Origin: Nemertoderma westbladi
Taxonomy: Eukaryota; Animalia; Xenacoelomorpha
Length of the DNA stretch: 64,000 nt
Reading direction: 5' to 3'
Assembly: GCA_032718475.1 (NCBI GenBank)
Contig: JAUCBJ010007293.1
Span: 1,165 to 65,164, forward strand
Shown here: positions 38,006 through 50,523 of the stretch, piece by piece
Layout: each line of letters begins with the position of its first letter
Numbering within the stretch: position 1 is the first letter of the stretch
Translations under genes and position numbers: made by a program
Notes under the pieces: model-generated
Told to the model about the DNA's origin: nothing
Database searches by the model: none
Seen by the model: only the letters and a program-made list of their open reading frames with translations

Positions 38006-39962
38006 TCCTCATCTGTCGCTTTGGATAAACTTTGTATGAAGGCATTATTATTGGTGCATTTCTCTTTCTCATCATTGAGTTCTTACAACATTCCGCTTCC
38101 TGTAATTCAAACCCAAAGAATGGCAATGGTTCATCATCTTCTAGATCCATAATATATTATAGGCCTAATGCCTAAAGCAATAATTGAAATGAAAGCTGTT
38201 CCGTGCCTAATCTAGAGAAATACCCTATCTACAGCTGGAAACAGGTATATTTCAAATGTCCCTCCAGTGCTCCAGACTTTGTCTCATCTCATTTTATATT
38301 AATTGTCTTGCATATGTTAACTATAGCTATTATTATGTATGGTATTGACGGCGGCGTCCTTATTCTTTCCTATAAGACTCCATTCACCCTATATTAAGAT
38401 GTAAATACCCTATCTCAAAAATATTGATATAGGGTATTGTAGAATGCCCAAATATTTTTAGGCATTATACCCTATCTGTTCCAGCTGGCGATAGGGTGTT
38501 TTGCCTTAACATAGAGGTCAAATAGGTGTTTTGTAGGGTATTTTGCCACCTGAAAACTCTATTTGGCGCTCAGAAACAGCCCTATTGTTCTATACTGTTA
38601 GATAGAGCGTAAAATTTTATGTGGATTTCTAAAATAAAAAAAAATTTGAGATTTTTTGAGATAGGGTATTTAGCCTTAACACGGCAGTATGATAGGTAGG
38701 GTTAAAGAGAGATACATACTATGCTTTGCACTTACAGGTGGTTTATATTCTTTATAGTAATTAAATGCTAAATGCTAAATGCACAGTTAAAAGATTCTGA
38801 AAATAAAATTGGAACCACAAATAATTAATTAATACCTAATAAATAATTATTTATAATTTAATTATTAACATTATTTTTTTCTACGTTTTTTTCCCATGTG
38901 TAATACGTAATTTTATTCTAATCTTGGTCCTTTTAATTTATAAAAAGATAGAACGAAATAGTGTTACAAAATAAATTGAATTGTAGTATTTTACTCATAT
39001 TGCTTCCATAGTTACTGCGATTCAAATTATTGTACTATTCAATTCCTATTGCTGCCATACTCAATGTTTAATAATTTAGTGTTTTCGAACATTTATTACA
39101 TAACTAGGATATTGAGTTCCATTGAGGAGTACTCCTTGTAGACACTAAAGTTGTAATATCGTCTTCCTAATAGTGAAAACGGTTTTTAAAAATATTGGGA
39201 AGTTTTCAAGTTATGGCACCTTTTTTAACCCTACTTTTGGTACAAGAAAAAATAAAATATAAAAAAAAAATATCAAATATAATTGTATTTTTGATTTACA
39301 CCGTTTTTTGGTGTTCACAATTAGATGGAATAGAGGAGGTCGGAGTTGATAGTGGCGGAGTTGAAGATGAGGAAGGAGAGGAGGAATACTAGATGAAACC
39401 TTTACAAACTCTATTCAATCAGCCGTTATTTCTAGAACAAGTAGATTAGTGTTATATCTTAAATCTGTGTTGATATATTAGTATTATTGAATTCATTGTA
39501 TTATCAAAAAAATTATACTTATGGAGCTATTCATACTTAAAAAAAAATTTGAGGGAATTCATATAAAATAAGATAGAAATTTCCGACATGTTTTTTTCGG
39601 CGTGTGCCAAATTTGTGACAGCACCAAATTTTGAAATATATCAACTTTGTATTTTGCACAAAATGGGTATTTTGTGTTTCTGGTTTTGATGGAATATATG
39701 CGAGTTGCATCAGGCATATCAAACGTATATTTTTCGGTGCTGTGTGCAAAATGTGGTGCCAGCACAAAATTTTAGAAATCCATTGTGGTGGGAGTGTGTG
39801 GGCTCACCTGGACTGACCGGCTGTTTGTTTCTCAACTCGCTAGCTAACTAGCTTATCTGGATAGCTGCCGGGTCTAGTTGAGGGAAAATCAGTGATAATA
39901 GCACCAATGGTTCCGCCTTACTCATTGGTTGTTTAACATCATGCTTTATGTGTCCCCTTTTT

Positions 39963-40340
39963 GTGGGGCTAGCGACGAAAGTAAGCGAGCTTAGCATACA
40001 GGTACCACTAACTCAATCGGTGTGTCTGTTGTTCTGTTGATCTGTTGTTCTGTCGATCTGTTGTTCTGTCGTTCTGTCGTGGGGGCGGGCGACGAAAGTA
40101 AGCGAGCTTAGCTTACAGGTACCACTAACTCAATCGGTGTGTCTGTTGTTCTGTGGGGCGAGCCACGAAGTGAGTGAGCCTTAGCGTAGGGGTACCATTA
40201 ATCAACCTGTCGTTCTGTCGCTTTTTTTGCGGTGTTCAATTTTGAATGTTAATAACTCGATCAATCCTCGATGAAATGTAACCAAACTTGGTACACAAAT
40301 AGTCTGTCAAAAGTTTAGAAATTTTCCAAGTTGAATTTGC
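39963..40340. repeat. Three tandem copies of a ~70-120-bp unit with a CTGT/GTT microsatellite; possibly Helitron/Helentron-derived
   Basis: gcgacgaaagtaagcgagcttagc..acaggtaccactaactcaatcggtgtgtctgttgttctgt twice plus a diverged third copy. The class assignment is inference. Confidence 0.6.
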
Positions 40341-42458
40341 TTGGGGTCTTCGTGCAGCACCAGTGTAACTAACTGTCTTACAGTTATAATAAATTTATTT
40401 ATCCAAAATTATAACGCTTGACATCAGCAGGTTGCTAGGATACTAAATCAGCTGGGTTTCTAGCAAATTACGAAATTACAGTACTGCAGTAATACCATTG
40501 TGGCCTGTATGCCTGTACCGGTACTATACTCAATGTCAATCCCTGAATCAGGAATCCTGCAATCAGACAATACAGCAATAATGCAATACCATACTGTATT
40601 CGGTGTTTTACGGTACTGGCTGACGGTACTGGTACTGGTTACGGTACCGGTATAGTGATTATAGATCACGTACAGATGTCTCCTGGTACGTGGTACAGGA
40701 CAGGCCTAATTCTGTAGGCCCTAATTAGCCATGCTATGCACTGCAGTGCGGACTCCGGAGTGCTGGACTGCGGTCCTGAATTAGATTAGAGGGTCCATTG
40801 GCGCCGTACCGCCCTACTACTGTCAGAATGTAGAACCGGACTGGTAGCAACTGCCAACTACAGAACTACCGGTACGGTACCGGTACTGAACTACGACAGC
40901 ACTATAGGCCTACTGCATTTCTACGCTCCTGTCAGCGACGGAAGAAAATGAATTTCTTCGTTTGCGGTTTCTACTCTTGTTAACGGTTAAATATGTTAAT
41001 TAAAGACTATGTATTGGTATGACCGACGGCACCGGCAACTGGTATAATCAGATGTAGATGTACATACCAATCTGCCAATACAACAATAGCAATAGGCCTA
41101 CCCCTACCAACCATCCATCGACTCGGCAACTGCAACAATGGAAGTTATGCGGACTAACCAGCTGACCGGCATTCTAAGATCAGGTACCCACTACCAGAGT
41201 CTACCCAGCTGCCCAGAAAAGTGTTGGAATTGAAATCAAATAACTCACCACCAAGGCCGCCTCTGTCTGTTGACCTCGACTTTCGGTATCGCTGCCGCTA
41301 CGGGCAAACTGGACTAACCGTAACCGAGGATGAAATAATCCGGTTTTTTAATCTCACTCTGCCATCACCCAGTGCCCGGCGGTGTTGAAATTGATATGCA
41401 TTGTACAAGCAGTAGGCCTGTTGCTCCGAGTTTCTGGCTGGTCGGGTGCAACTACTGCATCTACATTGCTACACTATAACTCAGGCTCATGAGGAATGAG
41501 TGCTGCGTAGACTATATTCCTATAAACCAAAACCATACCTGGCTTCGCCTATTGAACGCATTATAAAGATTGTCAGTCTTCGTTTAGGAAAGATATTTAA
41601 ATACAAAACAGGACGAGCACAACGAGACTTATAATGAAGACGAGTACTGCATTGACTATTATTATTATATACCCAGCAAAGACACATCCGGCTAATATCC
41701 GGATAATATCCAGCTAAACCCCACTAAACCCGCTAGCTTGCTTTTTAGCGTTTTAATATCCAGCTAATAGCTGGATAATAGTATCCGGCAATTCGCTGGA
41801 GAAAATATCCACTAAATATCTGGAAAAAATCCTTGATTTAGCGTCACTTTAGCGTATGAATAAATCGACCTAATAAATAGCGGGATTTTAGCGTCAGTTT
41901 AGCATGTAGAGAAGCTAAAACTAGCTGAGAGTAGCGGGATTTTAGCACCAATTTAGTCGCTAAATATAGAAGTAAATAGCGGTGTTCTAGCGACTAAGGG
42001 ATGGTGGGTGGAGACGTGGGGGGGGGGGGGGGGGGGGGGGTGTTGTACTTACACAAATCCCATCTCGGCGAATTAATATCTCGTCTCATTGTTAAATTAT
42101 TATGGATAGGACTAAATATGAATTTTGGTTGCCGTCAGCAACCACTTCCCCCCCCCCCCCCCTTTTTTTCTGGATGGATGAGGCCATGTGTACAGTATTC
42201 CTCCATTACATATGTACAAACATACCCCAGGAAGCAGAAGACATTCGCCAAAGATATTGAACATTGACATATGGTTACTTATTCAGTTTTCACCCATGAA
42301 GTAATAATCTATGAGACAATGTTTAGATTACAGTAGGTATAACATGCCGACATTACCAGTGAAATACCCGAATTAGCCAATTTGAAATTTTAAAATAAAT
42401 GTAATAATTTTAATCACTAGTTGAACGAAATTAAATATGAACCAACACATTCAATAAG

Positions 42459-43154
42459 TTATTTAGTTGGTCTTTCTAAGTTTGATTCACATCGGTCATT
42501 AAGATAAGCTGGTGACTCTATCCAACAGTAAAGAATGATAATGAGAAACATCAAGCCAGATATTATAAATGGGAATTCAAACCCAAGTGCAGCAAAAACC
42601 GAGGATCCAAAAACTGGTGCAAGCATGTATCCTAAGTTGCCACTAACAACTGCTATACTAGTTAATATACTTCTTTGTGTCGGCCACAATTCCATCAACA
42701 AACTGAATGAATACATGAAACTGATGTTGAGTCCAACTGTTTCGATGATACGCAGTGAGAAACATGCGAATATATATAAACCATTATTATTATTTGGGAT
42801 GTATTTGACAAACCCAAAAGCTAACTGGGAAACTGCACCAATAATTCCGAATAGTCCCAGAGAGATATTTGTTCCCCAATTGTTAATAGAGTGAGGACAA
42901 CTAATATATATTACAAGTCTGACAGCGGCAAATATAGCCAGTAATGCACCAATCAAAGTCTTCGACCAATCCCGGTCTTCCACAACTATTGGGAAGAAAG
43001 ACTCCAATAAATTCTGACACCAACCTGGCATCATTTGAACCACAACTAACATGACCACCAAAACATTAAGTCTCCAGCCCTTTCGATGTCCACTTTGATT
43101 TGCACCACTTTTATTCACTGAGTTTGACGTTTTGAGAGTTGAAGTGTCTACCAT
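42459..43154 (-). pseudogene. Class II SLC18B1-like gene with its native N-terminus, truncated after the first 6-TM half (231 aa)
   Basis: Matches 12801-13423 almost exactly; starts MVDTSTLK; ends ERPTK-stop in unrelated sequence. Confidence 0.85.
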
Positions 43155-43689
43155 CTTCTCGATTGAGTGAGTGTATATTTATACTTATAGTGTTTCAATA
43201 ATATTATAATTTAAAAAATATATATATTAATATTATAATATTAAGATTACTTGAGAGCGATATGAAAGAATGATCCAAATACGAAACTAAGACAAAAGGG
43301 CAAAATAAAGTTTATTCCACCACTATGATGCCCTACTGATGCCTTTATATTCATAGAATGGTCACTTTTTGTCAAACAATTATTTGTAAGTTTATGTTTA
43401 TATATATGTTGTACATAATATAGTCAGATAGGGGGAGGGGGGGGGGGGGACTTTCAACGCAATAAAAATGTACCCCTCTCCAGGGGAAATTCGACGCAAA
43501 TAACAGCTGATTACACCCAAAAATAAAAAGTTTAATTTATTGTTTTGGTTGAGAATGACGTGCCACTGTAACCTGCTCATTTCCCTAAATTGAGAATTGG
43601 GAAAAAACTCACAGATTCATTTGTGACACTTCACCAGATTGATCCAACTTCCTTATGATCCGTTACCAGTTGTAGTATGGTTCATATTC

Positions 43690-45330
43690 TAACCCGAGCC
43701 ATAAGGTGAAATATTTATTGATAAATGTTCCATCGGAGCCATTGCCTTGGAAAGCAAGGGTCGTCAGGGACATAAACCCTTGTACTCACACTGGGAGCAC
43801 TTTAGCAAGTACGGCATATCGTCAATGTATCAAATTGATGATGGTTGAGACATTCATTGTGTCTCTCCTTGGTTGAAACCTGGATTTGGAGTTGTATTAT
43901 CTTTTGACTTTCCCCGTTTTCTCTGAACCATAGTATGGTTTATCAGTTATTGTGTTGTAAGAGTCCCTCGTCCAATGCATTTCCATTCTAAACAGTAGAG
44001 TGGAAAAGTCAAAATTTGCGGGAATGTGTAGCACCGTATAGTGTCTGTTGTCACTGCATATCGCACAGCATGATTGTTTGTCGCTGTCTCTTACATAATG
44101 TCTGATGCTCAGGCATTTGAAGCAGGCCTGATGTTTCATTATTGCCTCGAAATGGGGCACCAACTCCGCGTATTTGAGCGGGTTGAGTGCGTCATGAGTT
44201 ACGTCTCACTTGGGCACCCAATTGGTGAAGAAACTGGCCCTTTCTTTGGCCATCTTGATCTTGTCCTCCACATCTTCGTCAACGTCGGAGCCATATACCA
44301 CCATAGTGCTGACAGGTTCACCTCCATTGCCGCCTTTGAAGCAACGGATTAATCTCCTCGGTTTATCTCCGAGATATTGAGATAGATAAACGAGATTTTG
44401 TCCATCAGTTATTTGGGTGGATCCAATCTGGGCATAAAACCGCTTTTTAAAACTAATAAAGTCTGCATGATTCCTGTTAAAACTTCGTATTTCCATTTTT
44501 GGCATTGAAAGGCAGTTTTCCAGCGCTCGAATGATACTCAAATCCATCAATGTGGGTTTGCAGGGGTGTTGTGAGGTCTGTGTGCACTGCTGATGTAGGA
44601 TGGATCTGACGGGATTTTGGCTTGCCGGAGGTTATTTGAATGTTCTGACGATTATGACGAAGGTTATGATGAGGGGTTGAAGTCTGTGGACCAGGCAGAA
44701 CTCCATCAGCCGAATCCTTTTCAGGCTCGTCTGGCGCAATTCCCCTGTTAATCGGATCTACTTCACCTTCTGAGTACCTCTCGTAACCATTTTGGGCATT
44801 CTGGCCATGAAGGTGCATAGCAATCCTGTCCGAATCCTTTTCAGGCTCGTAGCGGGCACTATGGCCTACTTGGTCATTCTCCAAAGGTTTTCAAGAAGGC
44901 TTCATGTGGTGAGCGTTCCGACTGGGAAGATGTATAGCAATCCCCTCCAGATCCTTTTCAGGCTCGTATTGGGCATTATGACTTCCCTAGTCCATTTCCA
45001 GTATGAACTCTTGTGCTGCGTGAGAGAGTTTATGGGTTTTAAGGATTGGTTGGAGAGGAGTGGGTTGCTCGAATATAATAGTTTTCTCCAACTCGGGAAT
45101 GGGTTCATATTCCCATTCGATCCCTCTCTCCCTATCCTTCTTTATTAGGAGATCTCGCTTGAGTAAAACGGTTTCGTACTCAGCTACTTTGGTGTTGTCC
45201 ATACTTTTCTTTTGTATCATTATCTTTTCTGCCTTTATATCTCGAGATTGCTGTTCCACATCCCATTGTTGTATCTTTTTTATTTTATCAAGTTCCCTTT
45301 TTTGTCTATCATTCTCTCGCTGATTTTTTA
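43690..45330 (-). mobile_element. Decayed Bel/Pao gag-protease remnant
   Basis: LSMPKMEIRSFN...LVYLSQYLGDKP (DUF1759-like), knuckle CFKCLSIRHY...CAICSDNRHYTVLH, and GSDGTFI. Confidence 0.75.
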
Positions 45331-46997
45331 TTGGTCAGATTTTATATGAAATTGCATATCAGGGCAATTCAGTTGTCAATTGGATATTACTGATTAATTT
45401 TAGTTAATTTGAGAGGGACAGTTAACATTAATTACCATTCAAAGAGATTCGTTCATGCTTCCATTTGCATAGCATGCACTAATTATCGTTCAAAGAGATT
45501 CGTTCATGCTTCCATTTGCACAGCATGCATGCCCATACTATTTATTCTGTATAGATATAGCTTCGCTAAGTGGCTAAAACATATCAACTCATGTAGAGGA
45601 AGAGAGCTGATATCTCACTGCCACCTGTTGGCTACTAATTGATAGCCACTCATGAATCCTAAAAGATTATTGGCTTGAGTTACTTTAGTGTCTTATTGCA
45701 GAAATGAATATTCATCATATTATTACTTCTGGTGAAATTAAATCTTAGGCCTTAAAGAAGGAATCTCGAGCTAATGCGAATTAGTTTTACTATTTCCCTA
45801 CTAGGATCAAGGACTCATATATAGGAATTGTCATTCACTCTAAATTTCTCTTCGATATTTTTTATCAGATATTTGTTTTATGACAAAACTGTTTCTAATT
45901 ATATTTTATTGATTTGTAAAACCTACACCTTGTAAAACCATCTGATTTTTTGTTAGTACATAGATTTGACTAGTCTGAATCTGACTGCAAAAAAACTGGT
46001 GTGGTTTGGTTATATTGCAGGACCAAAATTACAAGTAGTGAACAATTTTCATAAAATTTGAAAGTTACTAATTGTTTCTCAATACAGGTTTTCTGGGGCG
46101 CAAAATCCATTTGAAAATAATTGGAGAATTCAGAACCACCACAAACCTCTAAAACGCGAGAAATAAGTTGTCACAAGCAATTGAACTATTGAATAGATTT
46201 TCAAAATTCCGTGCTAGCACCAAATTTAGCACTCAGCACCGACAAGTTTGATACGCCTGGTGCAACTCGTATATATTCCATCGAAACCAGAACCCAAAAA
46301 CCCCTATTGCGCAAAAACAGGTTCAAATATTCAATTTACAAAATTGACATTTCAAAAATTGATGCTGGCAACAAAATTTGGCACCTGCCGAAAAAATCAA
46401 GTTTGAAATTTCTAAATTAATTTATATGAATTCCATCAATTGCAAACACCAAAAAACCGGTATTAATAAAAAAAATAGAGATGTTGCAAATCAAAATTCA
46501 TTGAAATGTAATTTCAAAAACGTCTCAAAAAAAGTGCCAAAAAAGGGTTGAAAAATTTTGCTATAACTCGAAAACTTCTCAATAATTTTGAAAACTGTTT
46601 TCACTATTAGGAAGACAATAGATTTTTAGGAAAAGCCATAAAATTTCAGATTCCCAACTGTCTTTGTTTCATAGTTATAACAAAAAAATCACGGGGGGAT
46701 CATATTGACCCCCACCCCTCCCCCCGGGTTTAATAGGGTTAAAGAAGGAATCTCGAGGTAATACGAAGTAGAATTAGTTTTACTATTTCCCTACCAATGA
46801 TCAAAAAAGGGTCAAGGGTCATTCTCTCTAAATCTCTTTTTGTTGTTTTTCAGGTATTTTATCTTTTATGTGTATTCTTATATATCTTTTCTGTTTATTT
46901 TATCAGGTATTTGTTTTATGACAACACTGTTTCTAATTATATTTTATTGATGTTTAAGACCTACACCTGCTCTATAATGTTCTAACATCGTGTTTAT

Positions 46998-47680
46998 TAG
47001 TGGCAACATTTGTCTTACTGACGGACGACACCGAATCCTCTAGATTCACCTCGGTTTCGGTGTCATTCGAGCCCGCCCATCCCACTAACTCTCCACTAAC
47101 TCATCCCTCGCGTATCTACCAGATAAGGTCCTATGTACACTATACTGTACGGCATTATCCCCGATCGCAACAATTCAAACAGTTCTGTTGCGACCTCTCT
47201 CGCCCTCTCATTCGCCAACTCGCCCGGCCCAAATTGGTCTAAATAGTGAAAGTGTTTATTGCACTCACCCAGTCTGCGGTTTAATTTGGGTTCATCTAAC
47301 TTTCCTCCCTTCTTGGCATCATTGAGAATCCTTCGTGTGGCAATGTATCCTCGTTGTAGATGATCACTCGTCACCATGTCCTCCTCTTGAGCATCTTGGT
47401 CTCCTCGTCTCGTCCAGCATCGCATGGCATGGATTTCACGGCGCATTTAACGGCAACTTATGCCCCATAGAACACAATGTATTCCTATTGTGGTTTGTGT
47501 TGTTCTTTGTGGGCCACTGTATATACTTAACTGTGATTCGTAAATTGCAGTTCCCCATTTTCTCCCATATAAAAATACAATTGAATAATCCGATTTGAAG
47601 CTTTCATAGACAATAAAAGAAAAGTAATACAGATCGATACATAGTATGATATAGTATGATGGATATACAGACTAGGTTGG
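46998..47680 (-). mobile_element. Duplicate of the Bel/Pao fragment at 15645-16330
   Basis: ORF 47096-47446 is nearly identical to 15743-16090. Confidence 0.75.
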
Positions 47681-49217
47681 TAGCTCAATTTGTACTCTTA
47701 CAGTATTATTAGCATCGTAAGGTTTCTAGTTATTAGTTCAGGGGCGGAACCAGGGGGGGGGGGGGGGGGGCACATGCCCCCGGGCAATTTTTCAACTATG
47801 ACTAGTGTAAGCACTAGCGTACCGAGGGTGGTGGCCATGTGGCTATAGCCACCCCCTAGGAAAATGAGAAAGCATACTGAAAAACCCCTTCCATTTGAAG
47901 TGAAAAAATAAATATTACAAATATTAAAGATCCACATACCAAATTTTCTGAAACAAAGGTATTTTTCTAAACTGAAAGCTTCGCATTGTAACCTGGCTGG
48001 CCAAGAGCTAGATCCTTGGGGGGTAGGGGGATAATATGAATCGACGAAATTTCAAATTATTCCCTTTTGTGACTACATATTTCAATATGAGCCATTTAAT
48101 TATTGTGTATTAAAGGCCAATAGCCCGATGAAATATGTTGTTAGTTCAAGCTAAATTTAAACTAAAAAACATCAAACATGTCATGCAGACAGCAAATAAA
48201 TCGAAATTTTGAAAGGGAATTTTTTTTTAACTTTTATAATATTACTAGCAGGCAATACCCGAGGCATGTTACCCGGTATTTCCCGCTACCAGCATAGGCC
48301 TACTGGCGTACTGGTACCGGTATAGGTCTACTGACGTACCGGCGTTCCTGAAATAACTAGTGCATGTGGTTGTTCTGAAAAAATTTGTGGTGCGTATTTT
48401 TTTTTTGACTAAAAGTCGTTTAAAACGCACTGATATTTTGATTTTATACAGTATGGGCTGTTAAAATATGGCTCAACATGTTTATTGGCAAAATTTAAAC
48501 AAATTTTTGGCTTTAACCTGAAAAATTGGCTATAAAAACAGATAGGTTTTAAAGAACAACCGAAACCCTTTCGAATGAGCCCAAAATAAAGAAAATTGGT
48601 TAAAAAATGGTGGAGGAGTACTATTTTGAAAAATTTTAAATGTCATTCCGAGATAATTGCCTACAAAGTTTAACCCTTCCCAACAAAAGTGGCTGTCTGT
48701 TGTCTGGTTGGTTAATCATTTCTGGCACGAAAGAAGCACACCACCGAGCTAAAACTTTCATTATGGGGGTTTTCGGGGTCGCTGAATTCATTTCTGATGC
48801 CAGTTTTAAATTTTGGTGCAATCTAGTCTATCTCTCTGTCTATCAGTTGTCTGTCTGCCTTACAATTTGCATTAAAGTCAACAAGAAAAGTTAGAAATAC
48901 ATGCTGATCCACACATCAGTAGATGCTTGAAGACTGCTAGAAATTTTTCAACTCCTTTTCTGTAGCGACACTAGTTAGTGAATAGCACACAATCAGAACC
49001 TCTTTAGGTATTTTATCTAATGCTGCATGTGTAGTTGCATTCATCAATAGACAAATTCCACCTTTACCAATATAATCTGCTGTAACGAGGGCACGTCACC
49101 AACCACCTCCCATATCTGGTAAGGCCATATACCCCTGCAGCCGAGTATATTGGGTCCTCAACCCAGGACCAATTAATCCTAATTAAGACACATAGTTAAG
49201 ATTGATAGGTCTATGAA

Positions 49218-50523
49218 ATGGCACATTAAAATTGTTCTATTATCTCAAATCGAACCAATACAAGTGCTGGAAATCCAAAGAGTTGGATAATTACATGTTA
49301 ATGGCCATTCTGCTGGTTTATCAAATGATACCAGGTTGGTGTCACAATCTATTGTAGACCTTCTTCCCAATAGTTGTGGAAGACTGGGATTGGTCGAAAA
49401 CTCTTATTGGTGCATTACTTGCTATGTTTTCATTGGTCAGATTTATAATATACATTACTTTCCCACATTCTATCAACAATTGGGGAACTCATATCTCTTT
49501 GGGTCTATTTGGCATTATTGGGGCACTTTCACAGTTAGCCTTTGGGTTTGTAGAATATATCCCGTATCATAAGAAGGAATTATATACAGTCACATGTTTT
49601 TCACTGCGCATCATCGAAGCTGTTGGACTCAACATTTGTTAGCGAATCAATTCCGCCTCACCAAACCCCATAAAGTGAGCCATAAAGCAATATTGGGAGC
49701 ACGAGGTTGATTACCAATATCAACCTCGTGTCACCCCAATAGAGTGGGAAGGAGAACCACACAACAAGGGTCAGGGGCCAAACCCCTAACCCAGAGAGAA
49801 CAGATGGAGTGAACGGGAACACTCCACGGGGTGCCAACAAGGGTATCAACCCTTGTCAAGGGTACTTGCCCACATTCTATAGACGATTGGAGAACTCATA
49901 TCTCCTTGGGTCTATGCGGAATTATTGGGGTACTATTGGGGTTATTGTTGGGGTATTATTGGGTTTGTAGAATATATATCCCTTATCATAACAAGGAATT
50001 AATTATATACAGTCACATGTTTTTCACTGTGCATCATCGAAGCTGTTGGACTCAACATTAGTTACATCAGTTACATTAGTTACATTCATTCAGTCTATTG
50101 ATGGAATTGTGGCTGACACAAATAACTTTATTAGTTAGTTATTAGTGTCAACATGAATACACGGTAGCACCGTTTTTTGGTTCTACAGTTTTTGCGTCAT
50201 TGGGATTTGAATTCCCATTTATAATACCAGGATTAATGTTTCTCATTATTATATTCAAACACCTGCTCCGGAAACCCAAACACGATTGTCTGTGAATGTT
50301 TGTGGTTATCCTGACAATGCCCGGCAATGTTGACACTAGATCTCTTCTCCAACAAATGTTTAGAATAGCAACATCTATCGGAGTTATTATAGGTCCTATT
50401 TTTGGTGGATTTCTCAACGATTACTTTGGAATGCAAGCAGCAAGTTCGCTTCTAAGCCTGTTGGTGTTGCCTTTTATTATATATTTGGTTGTTGTGTTTG
50501 CATTTAGATTTCGTGTTGGCTAG
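49218..50523 (+). pseudogene. Chimeric SLC18B1-like pseudogene
   Basis: Same lesions as 17874-18762, plus an extra ~410-bp patch (intact-type MFS sequence followed by an LTR fragment). Confidence 0.88.
49637..49862 (+). mobile_element. 5' fragment of an LTR related to 1797-2458
   Basis: Starts TGTTAGCGAATCAATTCC (compare TGTAAGCGGATTCAATTCC); similar internal motifs (gagaac, acactc..gggtgccaa). Confidence 0.6.

Larger units (their letters stand above)
34766..38687 (-). mobile_element. Sola-type (probably Sola1) DNA transposon with complete ends
   Basis: About 35-bp TIR CTGCCGTG(C/T)TAAGGCTAAATACCCTATCTC. 4-bp TSD TATG, confirmed by empty paralogous sites near 20158, 51231 and 61687. Subterminal TACCCTAT repeats. 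Confidence 0.85.

Noticed and set aside
39963-40230. Repeat-spacer-like array
   Set aside because: The spacers are microsatellite expansions, not unique sequence.
41243-41370. Possible first exon on the minus strand (ATG at ~41366, donor GTGAGT at ~41248)
   Set aside because: In-frame stops and no identifiable downstream exons.
41671-42000. Possible MITE starting CCCAGCAAAGACAC with internal repeats
   Set aside because: No matching right terminus or TSD could be identified.
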